Positions 1 through 19,800 of a stretch of DNA of 64,000 nt are shown piece after piece. A model generated the notes under the pieces. It ran no database searches. It saw nothing but the letters and a program-made list of their open reading frames with translations, and was not told the origin of the DNA. The translations under genes and the position numbers were made by a program. The stretch is from Klebsormidium nitens (lineage: Eukaryota > Plantae > Klebsormidiophyceae), in NCBI GenBank assembly GCA_000708835.1, contig DF237078.1, forward strand, positions 1 to 64,000, given 5' to 3'. Numbering within the stretch: position 1 is the first letter of the stretch; each line of letters opens with the position of its first letter.

Positions 1-590
1 TTGGGAGTGGCTGCTACATTACGTAGCTGTCTGTGCACATCCACGCCCGCACTTGCCTAGCAATCTGCGTTCGTCATTCGTGTGCACTCATGCAATCTGC
101 CTGCGGCATATAGCAACAAGAGAACGTTTTGGGACCTAGCCAAGTCGTTCTGACCTTGTGGGCAGTTTGGATATGATAATTCCGCCCGCTTACAATTCTG
201 CTCGCGCCGACATTTTGGCTGGCATCTGCGCCCTCTGACAGCAGGCTACCCCTCGGCCTCAGGCTCAGGCTCCAAACTCCATCTTCTTGCGAGTTGCCCC
301 ATCCAGCAAGAATTCAGACCCTGGCAGGGTCAAAGAGAGCTTTGAAAGTCGGACATGGGCATGGCATTGAAGATAGGAGGCGCATAGTTAGGGTGTTGGA
401 GAAGGCTTACGATGCAGAAGAGACAGCAGATAGGGCGGAGAGTCTAGGATAAGTGCATGTGTATGGCTGCCGAAGTGCGGTGATTTGTGCTGGAATTATA
501 TGTACAGAGTGGTAGACACAGCCTTGGAGAGGAGAGACCCGCCGGGATTGTGCAGACATTGATTGTGATTGGATTTTAGTGACGAGGGGC

Positions 591-7595
<7,005 letters not shown>

Positions 7596-8719
7596 GAACA
7601 GGTGGTCTATGAAGTTTAAAAGCGAGTCGTATGTTGTCACAAGGGGTCGTCCTGGGAGGATGCTGATGACATCTCTACAAGTTGTATAAAGCAAGACGTC
7701 ATCGGGTTCAGAATTGTCTTTCTTTATTGCTTTTCCAACCAAAGCTGGCCAGGGCGGTCAAGCAATAATCCCATTTGAATAACGCTTCGACGCACCTTCT
7801 TTCAAGGAGTTGATTGAAAAGGCTGCTCCGGAGATTGCTTACTTGAGAGTCTCAGCATTACTTTGAGGTGGTGAATTCATGTGCGGCCAGTGGTATCCCA
7901 TGCTGTTTGGCACATGCATAGGACCGTGTACTAGGTATGCGTGTTATGAGGTTGAACAGCGAATAACTTGGCTAAATCTTGCTCAGTATATGATGACGGT
8001 TTGCATGGTCTAATTTGTTGGGTACCATGCGCTCTGATTCAGTGATCTGAAGCATTTTCTAAAAAGCATGCAGTACTTGTATCTGTATCTACCGGTAGCT
8101 CCTCAGTGCACCATGCATAGAATCATGGGGCCAATGATATGCATGAACCAAAATGATGCACTGGCGGAGCTAGTAGGACAATCAGGGAGAAAGGGGGATC
8201 ATCATCTAATTGATCATTATCCTGTCCATGTGGTCAGATCGCGCGGCTGGGCCCGCCCATGCAGCCTGCAGGTCGTGACTGTGCGACGTTATAGCAAATC
8301 GCTGATGCGTGCATGCACCGAGCCACGCAGGAGCTGACTGACGGATGCCGAAATTTTAGACATTTGAAGACTGCCTAGCGTGGAGAGAGGAGAATCGAGT
8401 CTCTGCGACATTTGGTCAATTGGCACGGAAAATCTCAGAGCAGAATCTGAAAATCCAGGTGAAAAGGTGGCAGCCCGAACTGGCGTTGGCGCAAGTTGGC
8501 GGCCGCCGGGCCGCGGCTAGCTGGCCATGCTGGGCAATACGATTGACCATGCTGTCGCCTGCTTGTGAAGCGAAGTACCATGACATGGTATGGTATGTAT
8601 GAGAGGGAGACTCGGAGAGAGAGAACGGGGTTGCAGTCACAGAAAGCCACAGAGGCCCATGGGCCATGCAGGGCCAAACTGAATGAGGGAGGTGCTCACA
8701 GGCAAGCTGGAGCTGCTCA

Positions 8720-11700
8720 ATGAGGACAGAGCCCGGCGAATCACTCCAAAAAATGAGAGGTGCAGCGGAAGAAGAAAGCTACGAGAATTGTCCGATATGT
8801 GATGAGAAAGTCTGCACATCGACCATTCAAAGGTCAGTTGCAAGCTGCATCTGAAGTTTGGAATTGTGCCGGCGTACTGTTAAAGAAGGGAATCGACTGG
8901 ATTAAAAGCAAAGCTAGCTTGAAAGTCTAGCTTTATTTGTCGCCTTGGCAGCTTGTTCCAAGCAGATGTTGATCTTGCAAGAAGTTTACTGCAACTGTCT
9001 GAAAACGTTTGCGATGTGTTGCACATGCAAATATGCACTTTGAACCCTGAATTCGAGAAATCAATCAGAAGACGTGACATAGAATGTGATTCTTGCTCCT
9101 GCTTCAGTGCCAACACATGCACTTCGGCATGGTGGCATGCACACGCGCTGACAAGGTGCAATTGGGTTCAAAAGTTTCATTCCATTTCCCAGATGATTTG
9201 CGAGAGTCAATTACAGTGTGATCTCTCCAATTCTAGGCATGCTCGGTTGAAAGGCATCCAACACTGCATGACATGTGCACCTTATCTCATTTGCAATTAC
9301 GGGTTCACAGTATCAATTATGTCATACGGGTACTGCTTTGCTTCCTTACATGCCGGGTTCACAGTATCAATTATGTCATACGGGTACTGCTTTGCTTCCT
9401 TACAGGCATGTCAACGCACACCTGGATTCTGAGGTAGAGGCTGGAGACCGGGAACTAGCTGCCAAAGTTGATCTTGGATCTCCTGAAACCAATTATCCTG
9501 TGAATTTGCAACAAAGTGAGGAAGCTCCAAAAGCATTGAGAAGGCGCGATGAGAGTGGTGACAGGGTGACGTGCACGCTTGGTTGCGAGCAGGTGGTGCC
9601 CCTCTACGAGTGGGATTCGCATCTGATTATGCACCAGGTAATTGCACCTCATGCCTTTTGCATCAGAAATAGTCACAGGTGGTCGTCTATGATATCTATG
9701 CAGCTCGTCGTGTGAATAGTGCATGCTTGTCAAGTCAAGGCACGCTGTTCTCATCAGAGCGATTGATTATGTCACCACCTCCGCTGTGAAAGAAAGATTC
9801 CCATTAAGCAATTCAGGTGTTTCGCTTTCTTAAGCCCTCAGATTCAACAGGTTGAGTGAGCGCTTGCTATTCTTGTCTTGCATTTCCAGCTAGAAGCGGA
9901 GGAGATAGCAGCGGAGATGGACCGTCAGGAGCAAGACAAGCGCTCGGAGCTGGCAGCTCGAGTTGCACAGCATGGGTTCTTTGCTCCACTGCAATTGCAG
10001 CATGGTATGTCCAAAGGAGAGAGCAGTCGAGGGGGCAGTGAGGCTTGGAGACATGTCAGTCCGCATGCTGGCATGACTGTCCGAGGGGGTGCTGAAACAG
10101 GCGGTGGTGCAGAAGCTCAGGACCCCCCTGTGGCTGAGCAAAGAGAAACAATTTGCCGACGCGCTCCTGAGGGCATCGTGGAGCTTTTGCGACAGTAAGC
10201 AGACCTCTGTATCCACACTTACTCAAATCGAATCTTTGTTTTCACGCTCACTTCAGAAGGGAACGCAGACGCTATTCTGCTCTCAACCCATTGGTTGAAG
10301 TATGATATCCAGTCAAATATAAGCAGACCACACCTGCCAGACGAGATCATTCATGTAAGTTGAGGGCCGTATTGAATGACATGGTCTAAAGAGGTCACTC
10401 TTTGCCTGCATTGACTCCCCAGCCCCGGCATGTGCAGGGCGCTAGAAGCTGATTGCAAAGGGAACTGCAGGGCAGCCTTATCAGGTATGATAGGCTGTTT
10501 GCTTGCTGCAACTCACTGTGCGTCGTTGCTTCAGCAGATCTACAGGTAGTAGATGTAAGTACCTGACATGTTCCATGTCTTGTTGATTTTGGCTGTGTAT
10601 ATGCTGCTTGCTCGATTTTGTCATGTGTTCAATGGCGTTGTGAGCACAAATTTCCTCTTCTGCATCATTTGTGCCACCATCAGGTTATGTGGACCACTAC
10701 GAAAGCCGACGGAGAGACGACCTTGGTTGGGGCTGTGGTTGGAGGAACATACAGGTAAGAGCCACTTTATTGAAGAGAAGGATGCTGTGTAGACCAAGAG
10801 GTCACAAACACTAGGCCCCTTCTTTGACCACCTGATTCTAGTGCAAATGAACCTAGTATGTAACTATGGGCCTCTGTTTCCTCTTCTTTGAGGACTTTCC
10901 GGTTGAGAATGTTTACTCCTGTTTGGAAAAGCATTTGGCGCAAGTTCCAAAATAACCTTGCAGTAAAGATCGCCCTGTACTCTGCTCTGCAGATGCTTTG
11001 TTCGAATCTGGTTGAAGACCCTGAGATCTGTGGAGCAATCTTTGGGGGCCGGGGGACTGTTCCAGAGATTCCTGAGCTCCAAAAGGTAAGGAGATTGAGT
11101 GACTTGCCCTATTATGTTTTTCCAGTTAAGCAGCGGAAGTTTCAGCCCCTCTTTGACTGTAGTGTAAGTGACATACAAAGCTGGCAGAGCAACTAATCAT
11201 GTGTCAAGCACTTAAGCAGAACCAGATGCTGCTAGCAGGATCGCCGTCCTTGGGTCTTCTTCTGGTCTGAAAACGTGTTACGCAAGCACAGCGGCCTTTT
11301 AAAGGACACTCGTGTTTTTCCTGGCCCTTGTTAGTGGCTTCCAAGCGATCATCTCTGCTTCCTGAATGCCTGGCCCCTTCTGTTACAGTGGCTGGAACAA
11401 GCGTGGAAGGAGGGCTTTGATGTCATGGGAGCTGACCAGCTGGGTTGGAACGTCCGGGTAAGCGTTGAACCTCTGAGGAGGGGTCTTCGATTTCTGCAAG
11501 TCGAGTACCCGTCTCTTCCTTTCTTATTACAAGACAATGGTCGGACGAAGACAAGCATTAATGTGCATAACTGCCCATCTGTTCACACAGGCATGGCTCG
11601 TCATCGTGCAGATGATCAATTTGGGCAAGCGAGATCGGGGCAAACGTCGTATCTCTGAGTTGGCTACTAAGTTAGTATTGTTCTCTTTCTGGTGCCAAGA

Positions 11701-14046
11701 TTGCGGACAGAACCGTTGCAAAGTGCTTCGGCATAATCCAGCGGAGCTCAACACTTCGAGTTTGAAAGTTTCTGAACTTTCCCCTTTGTCTGGTGTTCAT
11801 ACAATCGGCTCGCCCTTCCAGGTCATATGCTTATGAGGACTATGCTCGAATCAGTGTGATTGTCTCTGTTTACCTGAGCGGAGCCGCGTTGTGTCGAGGG
11901 GCTGAAGTCGTTTAAGCTGCCCTGCACGCGCTGCTGTCTGCGCAGCAGTCCCCCTCGATTTGGCAAGTTTGTCGAGTGGCCCTTTCCACAAAGCTCGTGC
12001 TTCTTATGCAGGAAACCCAGAAGTGGATTGGCACGACCGAGTGTGCCGCTCTGCTCCGCTCCTTTGGGCTGCGCGCGCGCATTGCCGACTTCCGAGCCTC
12101 CAACGTGAGAAACAAGAGGGAGCCACGAGGCGGGGACAGCCAGGCGGGCGACAGAGGACAGTCTGCTAAACGGCCTCGGACGGACGGCGCCGCGCCCGCC
12201 GAGATAACCGGGGGCAACCAGGATGGGGACCACCGGGACCACGCGGTGCATAGTGGGGTGCAGTGTGACCACTGCGGGATGAATCCAATCCGAGGGGCAC
12301 GCTTCAAGAGCACGGTCAAGGACAACTTTGATCTCTGCGAGCAGTGCAAAGACGTGGCGGACGACCAGGTAAGGCATCCGCTCGTCCTGGTTACACCACA
12401 TGGTCTCGTGTGTTGGATAGTTGCTGTAACCGTTGGTCCTTCGAGGTCGGTCTTGACATTGGCTGTCGCGTCATTTGAGAAAGTTAAAGAGCACAGAGCA
12501 AACGTTGAAGAGCACCGGGCAGACGGTTCTACTTTGTTGATTCACTAGTATTGCGTTCAGTCTAGCGTTTGGACCACACCAGCAGGACTCACCGATGCTT
12601 GGTCGTGACGTTGCGCATTCCTGGCTGGTGCAGGAGGCGAGTCGGGGCGTGACGCGGCTGCACCTGTACCTCAAGATGGACACGCCCCACGTAATGGAAG
12701 ACAAGACCGAGAGTACGCAGAAGGGAGGCGGGGCGGGATCGGGGGCCCGGACAGAGAGTGCGAACGCGCACATGAGGCTGATCGAGTGGGTCTGGAAGTA
12801 CTTCACCACTGGGGCGGGGGCGGCCGAAGACAGTGAAGCAGAGGAGGCCCCGACAAACCAGCGCCGGCATGTCATCATGAGCAACAGACCGTAAGCTGCA
12901 GCAACTTTTGAACCGTGCTTGCAACGGCATGCGTGTGTCGGACAGTGGAGTCGAGGTTTCCAGGGATAGCAGCATGTTGAGCGGCCCGCTGCCCACTAGT
13001 CTCTCACTTCGGAATCATTCAATTCACTTTGGAGCAGCCAGTACTGTCCAACAGGCCTTTTCCGGCTGCTACATCAACGAAATGAGAGAGGAAAGAAGCT
13101 GCTGGAGTTCTGATTCTCCGCTTGTGCCTCTGACGCCTTTTTCGCCTCGTTCTCTGCAGTCCTCTTTATTTCCAGCACGAAGGCCATTCCCGGACCATTG
13201 TTGGGATTGAGCGCCGGCGGTCGCGACCTGATGCACCGGAGGAGGCCTTTTTGCTGATACTCGACCCCTCGCAGGTAGGCAGACGGGTCACACAGATAGA
13301 GCAGACAGTAAGCACATGTTGCACGCTTCATTACCAATTCTTCCCGCCAACTCAAGTATCTACCAGAAATTCGAGCGCTTGGAATTGTCGGCGAGATGCG
13401 GCAACCACGTACAAAAGGACCTTTCTTATCTGTGTTTCCAGTTTAAAGGGGCCTTGTGAGAACTTAACCGGAAGAATGAGACAGCTGCGTAAGAGGTTGC
13501 CCCCATTAGTGACAGCATGTTTCCTCTTCGCCTGTTGTCTGTGCATACCAGAATCTGATGCTCCGTGCATCCCCCAAGTTGTGCAAAGGGCACGCATATG
13601 TCCTGAGGCTCGTTCATTGCGCCAGTCTTTCTGCACGAGGAATCTAGTGTTCTGACCGTCGTCCCCTGGTCGATCATTGTCAGCGAACTGCCGAAGTGGT
13701 GGAGGCACTTCGCCAAAAGAAGGGGTGGCAGCGGCTCATCAAACGAGGCGTCCACACCCTGCGGAAGCCAGAGTATCAGGTAGGTTTCGGTTCTCATCTC
13801 GACAGTAGACCTGTCCATCAACTCCACCTTGAAATAGGTGCGAGACTTGGGAATTCAGGTTGTATACTTAGGCTTTGTGGAGCTGGTTAAAACGGTTCGT
13901 CTCATCGTTATCATGCTGCCGGAAAGCGTTTCGTATCTGACGTATCCACAAGTTTTCTGCAGTTGTGCTTTGTCGAGCCGGGCATAGCCACGGGAGAGGA
14001 GCTGGAAAAGCTGAAAGTGCTGGACAGTGTTCTCCATCAGTATTAG
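8720..14046 (+). CDS. ZUP1: ZUP1/ZUFSP/Mug105-like deubiquitinase (peptidase C78 fold) with N-terminal zinc fingers and an internal ZZ finger
   Basis: Exon 1 (8720-8832) CPICDEKVCTSTIQR joins HVNAHLD (9406-) to form a UBZ-like finger. A second finger reads CTLGCEQVVPLYEWDSHLIMH. Catalytic motifs: DDLGWGCGWRNIQ (Cys codon 10734), WLEQAWKEGFDVMGA, KWIGTTECAALLRSFG, PLYFQHEGHSRTIVGIE and LILDPS. Last exon 13963-14046 reads LCFVEPGIATGEELEKLKVLDS...*. Confidence 0.9.
9300..9404. repeat. Tandem direct duplication of 51 bp (period 54) at the 3' end of ZUP1 intron 1
   Basis: cgggttcacagtatcaattatgtcatacgggtactgctttgcttccttaca occurs identically at 9300-9350 and 9354-9404. Copy 1 is followed by T and copy 2 by G, so only copy 2 ends in the AG acceptor. 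Confidence 0.95.
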
Positions 14047-14450
14047 TCTGTAGCAGTCTGTACAATTCAAAGCTGTCTGTTATCTGTGCTAGTATAGGAC
14101 ATTGCTCTGTGAAGGTTATTTGCACGCGGTTGCCAGGAGTTTGTGGTAATTTTGATACGGGAGGATAGAAGGGCATGATTGGTATGGATCGCCAGGTATC
14201 AAGGTAAACAAGGACTGAGCATTGGGTGAGACGGTTTGACAGAGGTTGTGATCGAGACCCCCAGTATGTCATTGTCATACTATTGTGGATGCCACAGGGT
14301 CTCTTCTTCTTCTTCTCAGATCTCTGTACACCTCTTGTTTACATGATGGTTCAACCAACATTCTATCTTCGGTTTCCTATATGTTGAATACGCTTTTCAT
14401 ATGCCAGAGCTTCGGCAGATCCTCGACTGTATTTAATAAAAGTTTCTGCG

Positions 14451-16431
14451 TCATACCCCGTTTTCAATGGAACCTCGCGCATAGACCGTCATGTTCAAAC
14501 TCCTGTGCGTTTCGTTTCCGTTACCCAAATGACATCGTGCTTTCCTCGTTCTCCCGCAACCGGACCGGTGCATATGATCTACTGCATGGTTTTCGTGCAT
14601 ACTACCGTTGATCACCTGTCCAGAGCTTATGCAAAAAATATTCCACGCTATGCAGAAATTTGAATCGTTACACAGATCATACCCACTCGATCTGTCGAGC
14701 ATACTTGTCTAAGTTTTCATGCTACTTAACTGGAGTGTAAGTGTAGCAGTAGAACTGCATAGGAAGGTCGGACTAGCTTGACTGCGGGGGCCACCGTCAG
14801 TAACTATTACCTTTCATATACGATTGTCCGGGTCCCATGCTTTCGAGTTCATCAGACGCGATCAAATCCCTTCAGTAGTATAACCCACTGACACTTGCAT
14901 TGGGGCACAAAGCCATTACAAGCGCAGCCAAAATAGTTCGAACCAAGCATGGAAGTAGATTCCTGGTTCCAACCCCTCAACGCCAGCTTGCTCACTTTGT
15001 TGGGCTTGGAGCGAATTTTCAACCTCCGCAACACTAGGAGCTGGTGATCCAGTCACTCATCAATGATGCTATCAAGCTAAACAGCCAATAATTATCTCAT
15101 CATGTAGTAAATACTCCAGCTACAACCAACTGCAACCGTAGATGCTGCCAAGATGGGCTGGTTCTATCCATAATACGGTACATGGAAATGTCTGTGTCCA
15201 ATGACATTGTTATAGAAGGAACATGCGAAACTAGGTCACCAGGTGCAAGAACAAAACTACACTTTTCCAGTTAAAACACGTTCCAGAACTTGGTTTTGCA
15301 CCTCAACCATTCTCAAGCAATCTATCTGTTCAAGCCTTGCTTTTCTGCCCTAGAGGTAGACTACTGATTGAGAATGTGCGTTCAATGTTTGGAGTCTGTA
15401 ACTTGTACCAAACTTTCCATAAAATTGTCCCCTCGCCATGGTATGTGGAGTTCGGCAGTGCAGCACCAGGCCCTTGAGATCCCCGCTTGGACTGTAAACA
15501 CCTCCTTCTTTTTTGACAGTGCACGTATCTGAAGTGGTAAGGAAGCCCTTATGGAAGAACATGCTCTGTATCCATGAGCACCGATGAGGAGAGCAAACCT
15601 GGAGGGCTTGTCTGACAGGTGATGCGGACAGAACTCTGCATGCTCCTCTGGCTTTCGCTGGGTTATCTTTCAACCAGTGTACAGTCCTTGCTAAGAAAAG
15701 CAAGTTGAACAAGCCGTTCAAATGCTCAACATAAGTCACTGACCCTTAAAGTGTGACACCATTAACAATACAGCATCTCTGTGCAACATCATGTATCATA
15801 AGAACACTCGCATAAGCATCATTGCCTCAAAGACTTTCTGACAAAAACTCACACCCGCAGTAGGCACATGTAACAAATGAAACACAGGTAAGTACTCCTT
15901 AAATACTGCACCAGCAAACCATCACAACAATAAGCCTGAGCTGAGCAAAAGAATGGCACCACCAATTTCCGAACAAAACACCAGAGATCATTGCAACAAA
16001 CCGTTATCACAATATCGATTTCTATAGCTGCAACCTATGTGCGCAGTCGATGAGGTCTGTCCACCGTAATGTGGTCTTCCACTAATAGCAGCTGAAGGAA
16101 TGTCAAGACAAAGGATCAGAACGGACCTGCATAATCAATCAATCAATCAACGGCATCAGGACAAGCAAAGGGTCAGAGGGTCACAAAAGAGGGCCAAAAA
16201 CTGCGACAATAATGACCGTTGCCGCTGAAGAAAACCGCGACACCACAAACAGTCTCACCACCAGCGAACGTAAAATCACAAAAAAAGATCCCCCTTTCTT
16301 GGCGCACTCGGGGGTGTGGGTCAGAATGGATAGGTTGCCCCTGGCGTAACAAGAATGTTTGGCGGGCACCTGTCACACATCCCTGTGTGAAACCTCCGTT
16401 CATCATATAGAAAACCCCATGGCGTTGCCAT
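14451..16431 (-). CDS. Putative spliced gene of unknown function; boundaries poorly resolved
   Basis: A chain of canonical minus-strand splice signals (acceptor at 16126; donors near 15850, 15744 and 14996) flanks short open frames. These include the 129-aa ORF 15350-15739 (ARTVHWLKDNP...LVLHCRTPH). No motif recognised. It would be head-to-head with RH22. Confidence 0.3.
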
Positions 16432-16829
16432 GAAAGGAAGGATCTGAACAACTGGGGCTCTGCAACGAGCTTTTATATGGCAAGGACTAGCACATTCACA
16501 TCGTCTGTTCTTGGTTCGGCTCTCCTCCCCCAGTGCCTGGGAGAGCACTGTGTTGGTCTATAAAGTCATCGGGTGTGTCTGGCGACTCTGGCCGTGGTTC
16601 AGACATGCATTTAACCAATCACCCAGTCGTTACCGTTTCGAGTTCATTTGCACCTTGCTGCAAGGCTTGTAAGTCGCAGCATGATGCAGGAGAGCATTTT
16701 GGAATTTGGCAGGCTTTAAAAATGGCTTCGTGATGGTGGCCTAGCTCTCCCTGTCATGGAACGGGATCGGAAGGTTACATTGACAGGCATTGAAGGCTTT
16801 GAGTAATTGTGGAGGCACTGCGCGTGCGC

Positions 16830-19800
16830 ATGTTTCGGTGTTCCATCATGGCGCTCTCAAAGGTGCTGCTCAGGGGAGCGCCAGCTGCTTCCGTGCCCCT
16901 GGTCCTTTCCCAGCACTTGAGCGAGTGCAGGATTCTGACGAAAGCACATTCCTGCTTGCTTTTTCGTAGCTGCAATGCGGAGCTCACTTTGGGTGACCGC
17001 CAATTGTGCAACTTTACTTTTCTAGGCCCATACCTCCGCACACAACACTCAGCCAATGACCATTGTTCCGCGCACTTTGCGGAACCCAGAAGAGGAATTT
17101 CTTGTAGGAGCGGAGTGGCCCAGGCTGGGGCGCCCGCAGGCGAGAGCCGTGCCGAAAGTGCAGCACGGCGGGATAGCAGGAAACATCCGCTAGACAAGGA
17201 CGACATCAGCACCCACCCTGGCAGCTCTGCTACGTCAGCTCCCGACGTCACCGTCATCGCCAAGGGTGACCACCTCTTCTTCTCCGAGTCTGCGACTTCC
17301 TGGGAGTCTCTGGGGATAAACCCCACTGTGGGTGAGGCGCTGCAGGGCGCTGGGTTTGAGCGTCCATCGCGGGTGCAGGAGGCGGCAATCCCCAAGATCC
17401 TTGAGGGCAGGTGCGGGATCTACTGCTTGTGATGGTCGCAGGAGGGTGGTGTGATTAATCCCTGTTGCGATGCTGGTGGTGGTGCACCCAGTGGACAAGG
17501 CCACATTCATGCCCTTTCACTGTGAGCTAGTGGTCACGGTTTGTTAAATTGAGGAATGAATTGCGGGGCCAGAGGTCAGAATCCCTCACATGTGCAGCAG
17601 TAAAAGCCCTCTGACTGGGTGCAGGGACGTCGTGGTGGCTGCGGAGACCGGCAGTGGCAAGACCCACACATACCTGGCTCCGCTCATCCAAGTCTTGCTC
17701 GACGGGAGGCAGTCCGGCCCAGCGCCTTCCCCTGCGACCTTGACCCCCGCCACCGTCGCCTCCGCACTAGCAGAGGGCCAGGAGGTGCGGCTCCCGTTGT
17801 GGGCGCAGGAGGAGAGCCACCGCGCGTCCGCATTTGTCCTCGTGCTGTGTCCGAACGCCACCCTGTGCCAGCAAGTGGCTGACATGGCGCATGCGCTTAA
17901 GGACCCCGAAGGCGGCTCGCTGCTCAAGATTGCGGTGGTTGCGGGGGGACAGCAGCCGCCCGCGTTCACACCCGACATTGTGGTGGCCACGCCTGGGGGC
18001 CTGCTGAACATGCTGTACGCCTTTGATAGGAAGAGGCGCCGGAGGACGGCTTTTGCAAGGGACGTGCGCTATGTGGTGAGGGGCTGCTCCTCGGCCCTTA
18101 ATTGTTGGAAATATTCTTGGGGATCATTGGCCAACTTTTGGTTTGAACAAATGGTGGCGTAACTGGAGTCACGAAGATGGTTTTGTGGAAGTGGTCGAGA
18201 CTGCTTCTCTCGTTTCGCAAGGCGTCGAAAACATGTTTGACCACGAATTGCCCCAGTTTTTCTTGAAGGTTGACATGGTTCCTGAGGGAAAGCCATTCTT
18301 CAGCCGGCGTCTTTCTCTTGATTCGTAAGTCGGTGCCCATGGGCCAGACGTGCTAGGGCCCCTCTGACGCCTCTCTGCCCCCCTCCCTAGGTGGTGGACG
18401 AGGCGGACATGCTCCTGTCAGGCGGCTTTGCTCGCGACGTGGCGCAGCTGCTGCTCATCTTCCGGCAGGCTGAGAAGGACCTCTCGAGACGATTAGAGAC
18501 CGAACCGACAGCGGAAGCAGAGTCGCATTCACCGACTGGGGAAGATTCTGAAGGTGCCAGTGAAACGAGGAACGAGCGCAGCTGGGTGGAGGAGCGAGGG
18601 GAGGAGGGGGCAGCGGAGAGCAGCGCAGGAGGGGCGGAGTGGGAGGAGGACGAGCGGGAGGACCGGCGGCGGGCGCAGGAGGGGGGGATCTGGGACGACG
18701 ACGTGCTGGGTGAGCCACTGGGGTGACAATGGGCTGTGCCAGGCGAGAACTGCTGGTCCGTGTGGGAGGTTGGAAGTGTGTTCACTGCTGCGTCACAGTG
18801 TGTCTCTCCTTGAGAAGCCTTCGTCAGCACAAGCGCTCCACCTGGTTGTCCAGGATAGCGTGCCAAGTAGGACTTTGCTGCGAGGCAATGAAACTTTCTC
18901 TGCGTTCCAATCATTCTTCTGTTGTGGAGACCGTACACTTTTCTTCTCTGCAGCCGCTGAAGGAGGCCCGAGTGTCGCCTCAAGAGGCGGGCCTGCGGGC
19001 GCCAGCTCGGCCCGGCGGCGGGAGCGGCGGCGCAAGGTGTGGGTGCGCAGCAAGCAGTTCATTTTTGTGGCGGCAACTCTTCCTGACTCGGGCAAGATGT
19101 CGGTGGGGGCCATGCTGCGCAAGCAGTTCCCGGAGGCGGCCTATGTGCGGGGGGGCCTGCTGCACCAGCACAACCCGCGGCTGCAGCTGGCGTGGGCGGA
19201 GATTGGACGGGAGAACCGCGTGGCGGCGCTCATGGAGGCGGTGGCGGGGCCGGACTGGCAGGAGGTGAGGGAGGGCTGGCATTGAGGAGTCGGCAAGGGT
19301 GCCGGGGCCCGGCGAAGAGCAGCTGTTGGGCAGCGTTTGCAGCAACATAGGACAGATCGAATATCATTGACGGGCACATTCCAACAGTCAGCTGAAGGTC
19401 GAGATCTAGCAGTGCGTGCGAATGCTCAACTTTTCCGCTCTGTTCTGAACCCTGTTCTCCTCGCTGCGCAGGGCCGGCTCCGGCCGCTGGAGGAGCGCAC
19501 GCTCGTGTTTGCCAACAGCACCGACGCCGCCAAGGCCGTGAGCAAGCTGCTGACGTCACAGGGCCTGAGCCCGCTCAAGTACCACAGCGGACAGACCCCG
19601 ACCGACAAGGCCGCGGCCATCCGAAGATTCTCGGAGCAAGGGGGCGTGCTGGTGTGTACGGATGCGGCGGCGCGGGGGCTGGACGTGCCGGACGTGGGCC
19701 ACGTCATCCAGGTAGGGGGCCGGGGGGGTATTATGTAGCGGGCAGCGTCGGGCTTAAGAGAGCGGCTGTGAGCGTCTGCGGGCTCACGTAGTCTGCCAGT

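Noticed and set aside
7990-8050. Box C (ATGATGA) and box D (CTGA) pair suggesting a snoRNA
   Set aside because: The span is short, the terminal stem weak and no rRNA-complementary guide could be recognised; these motifs arise easily by chance.
18460-19050. Long acidic insertion after the DEAD motif and AAT instead of SAT in the helicase
   Set aside because: Both are characteristic of RH22-type helicases, so not novel.
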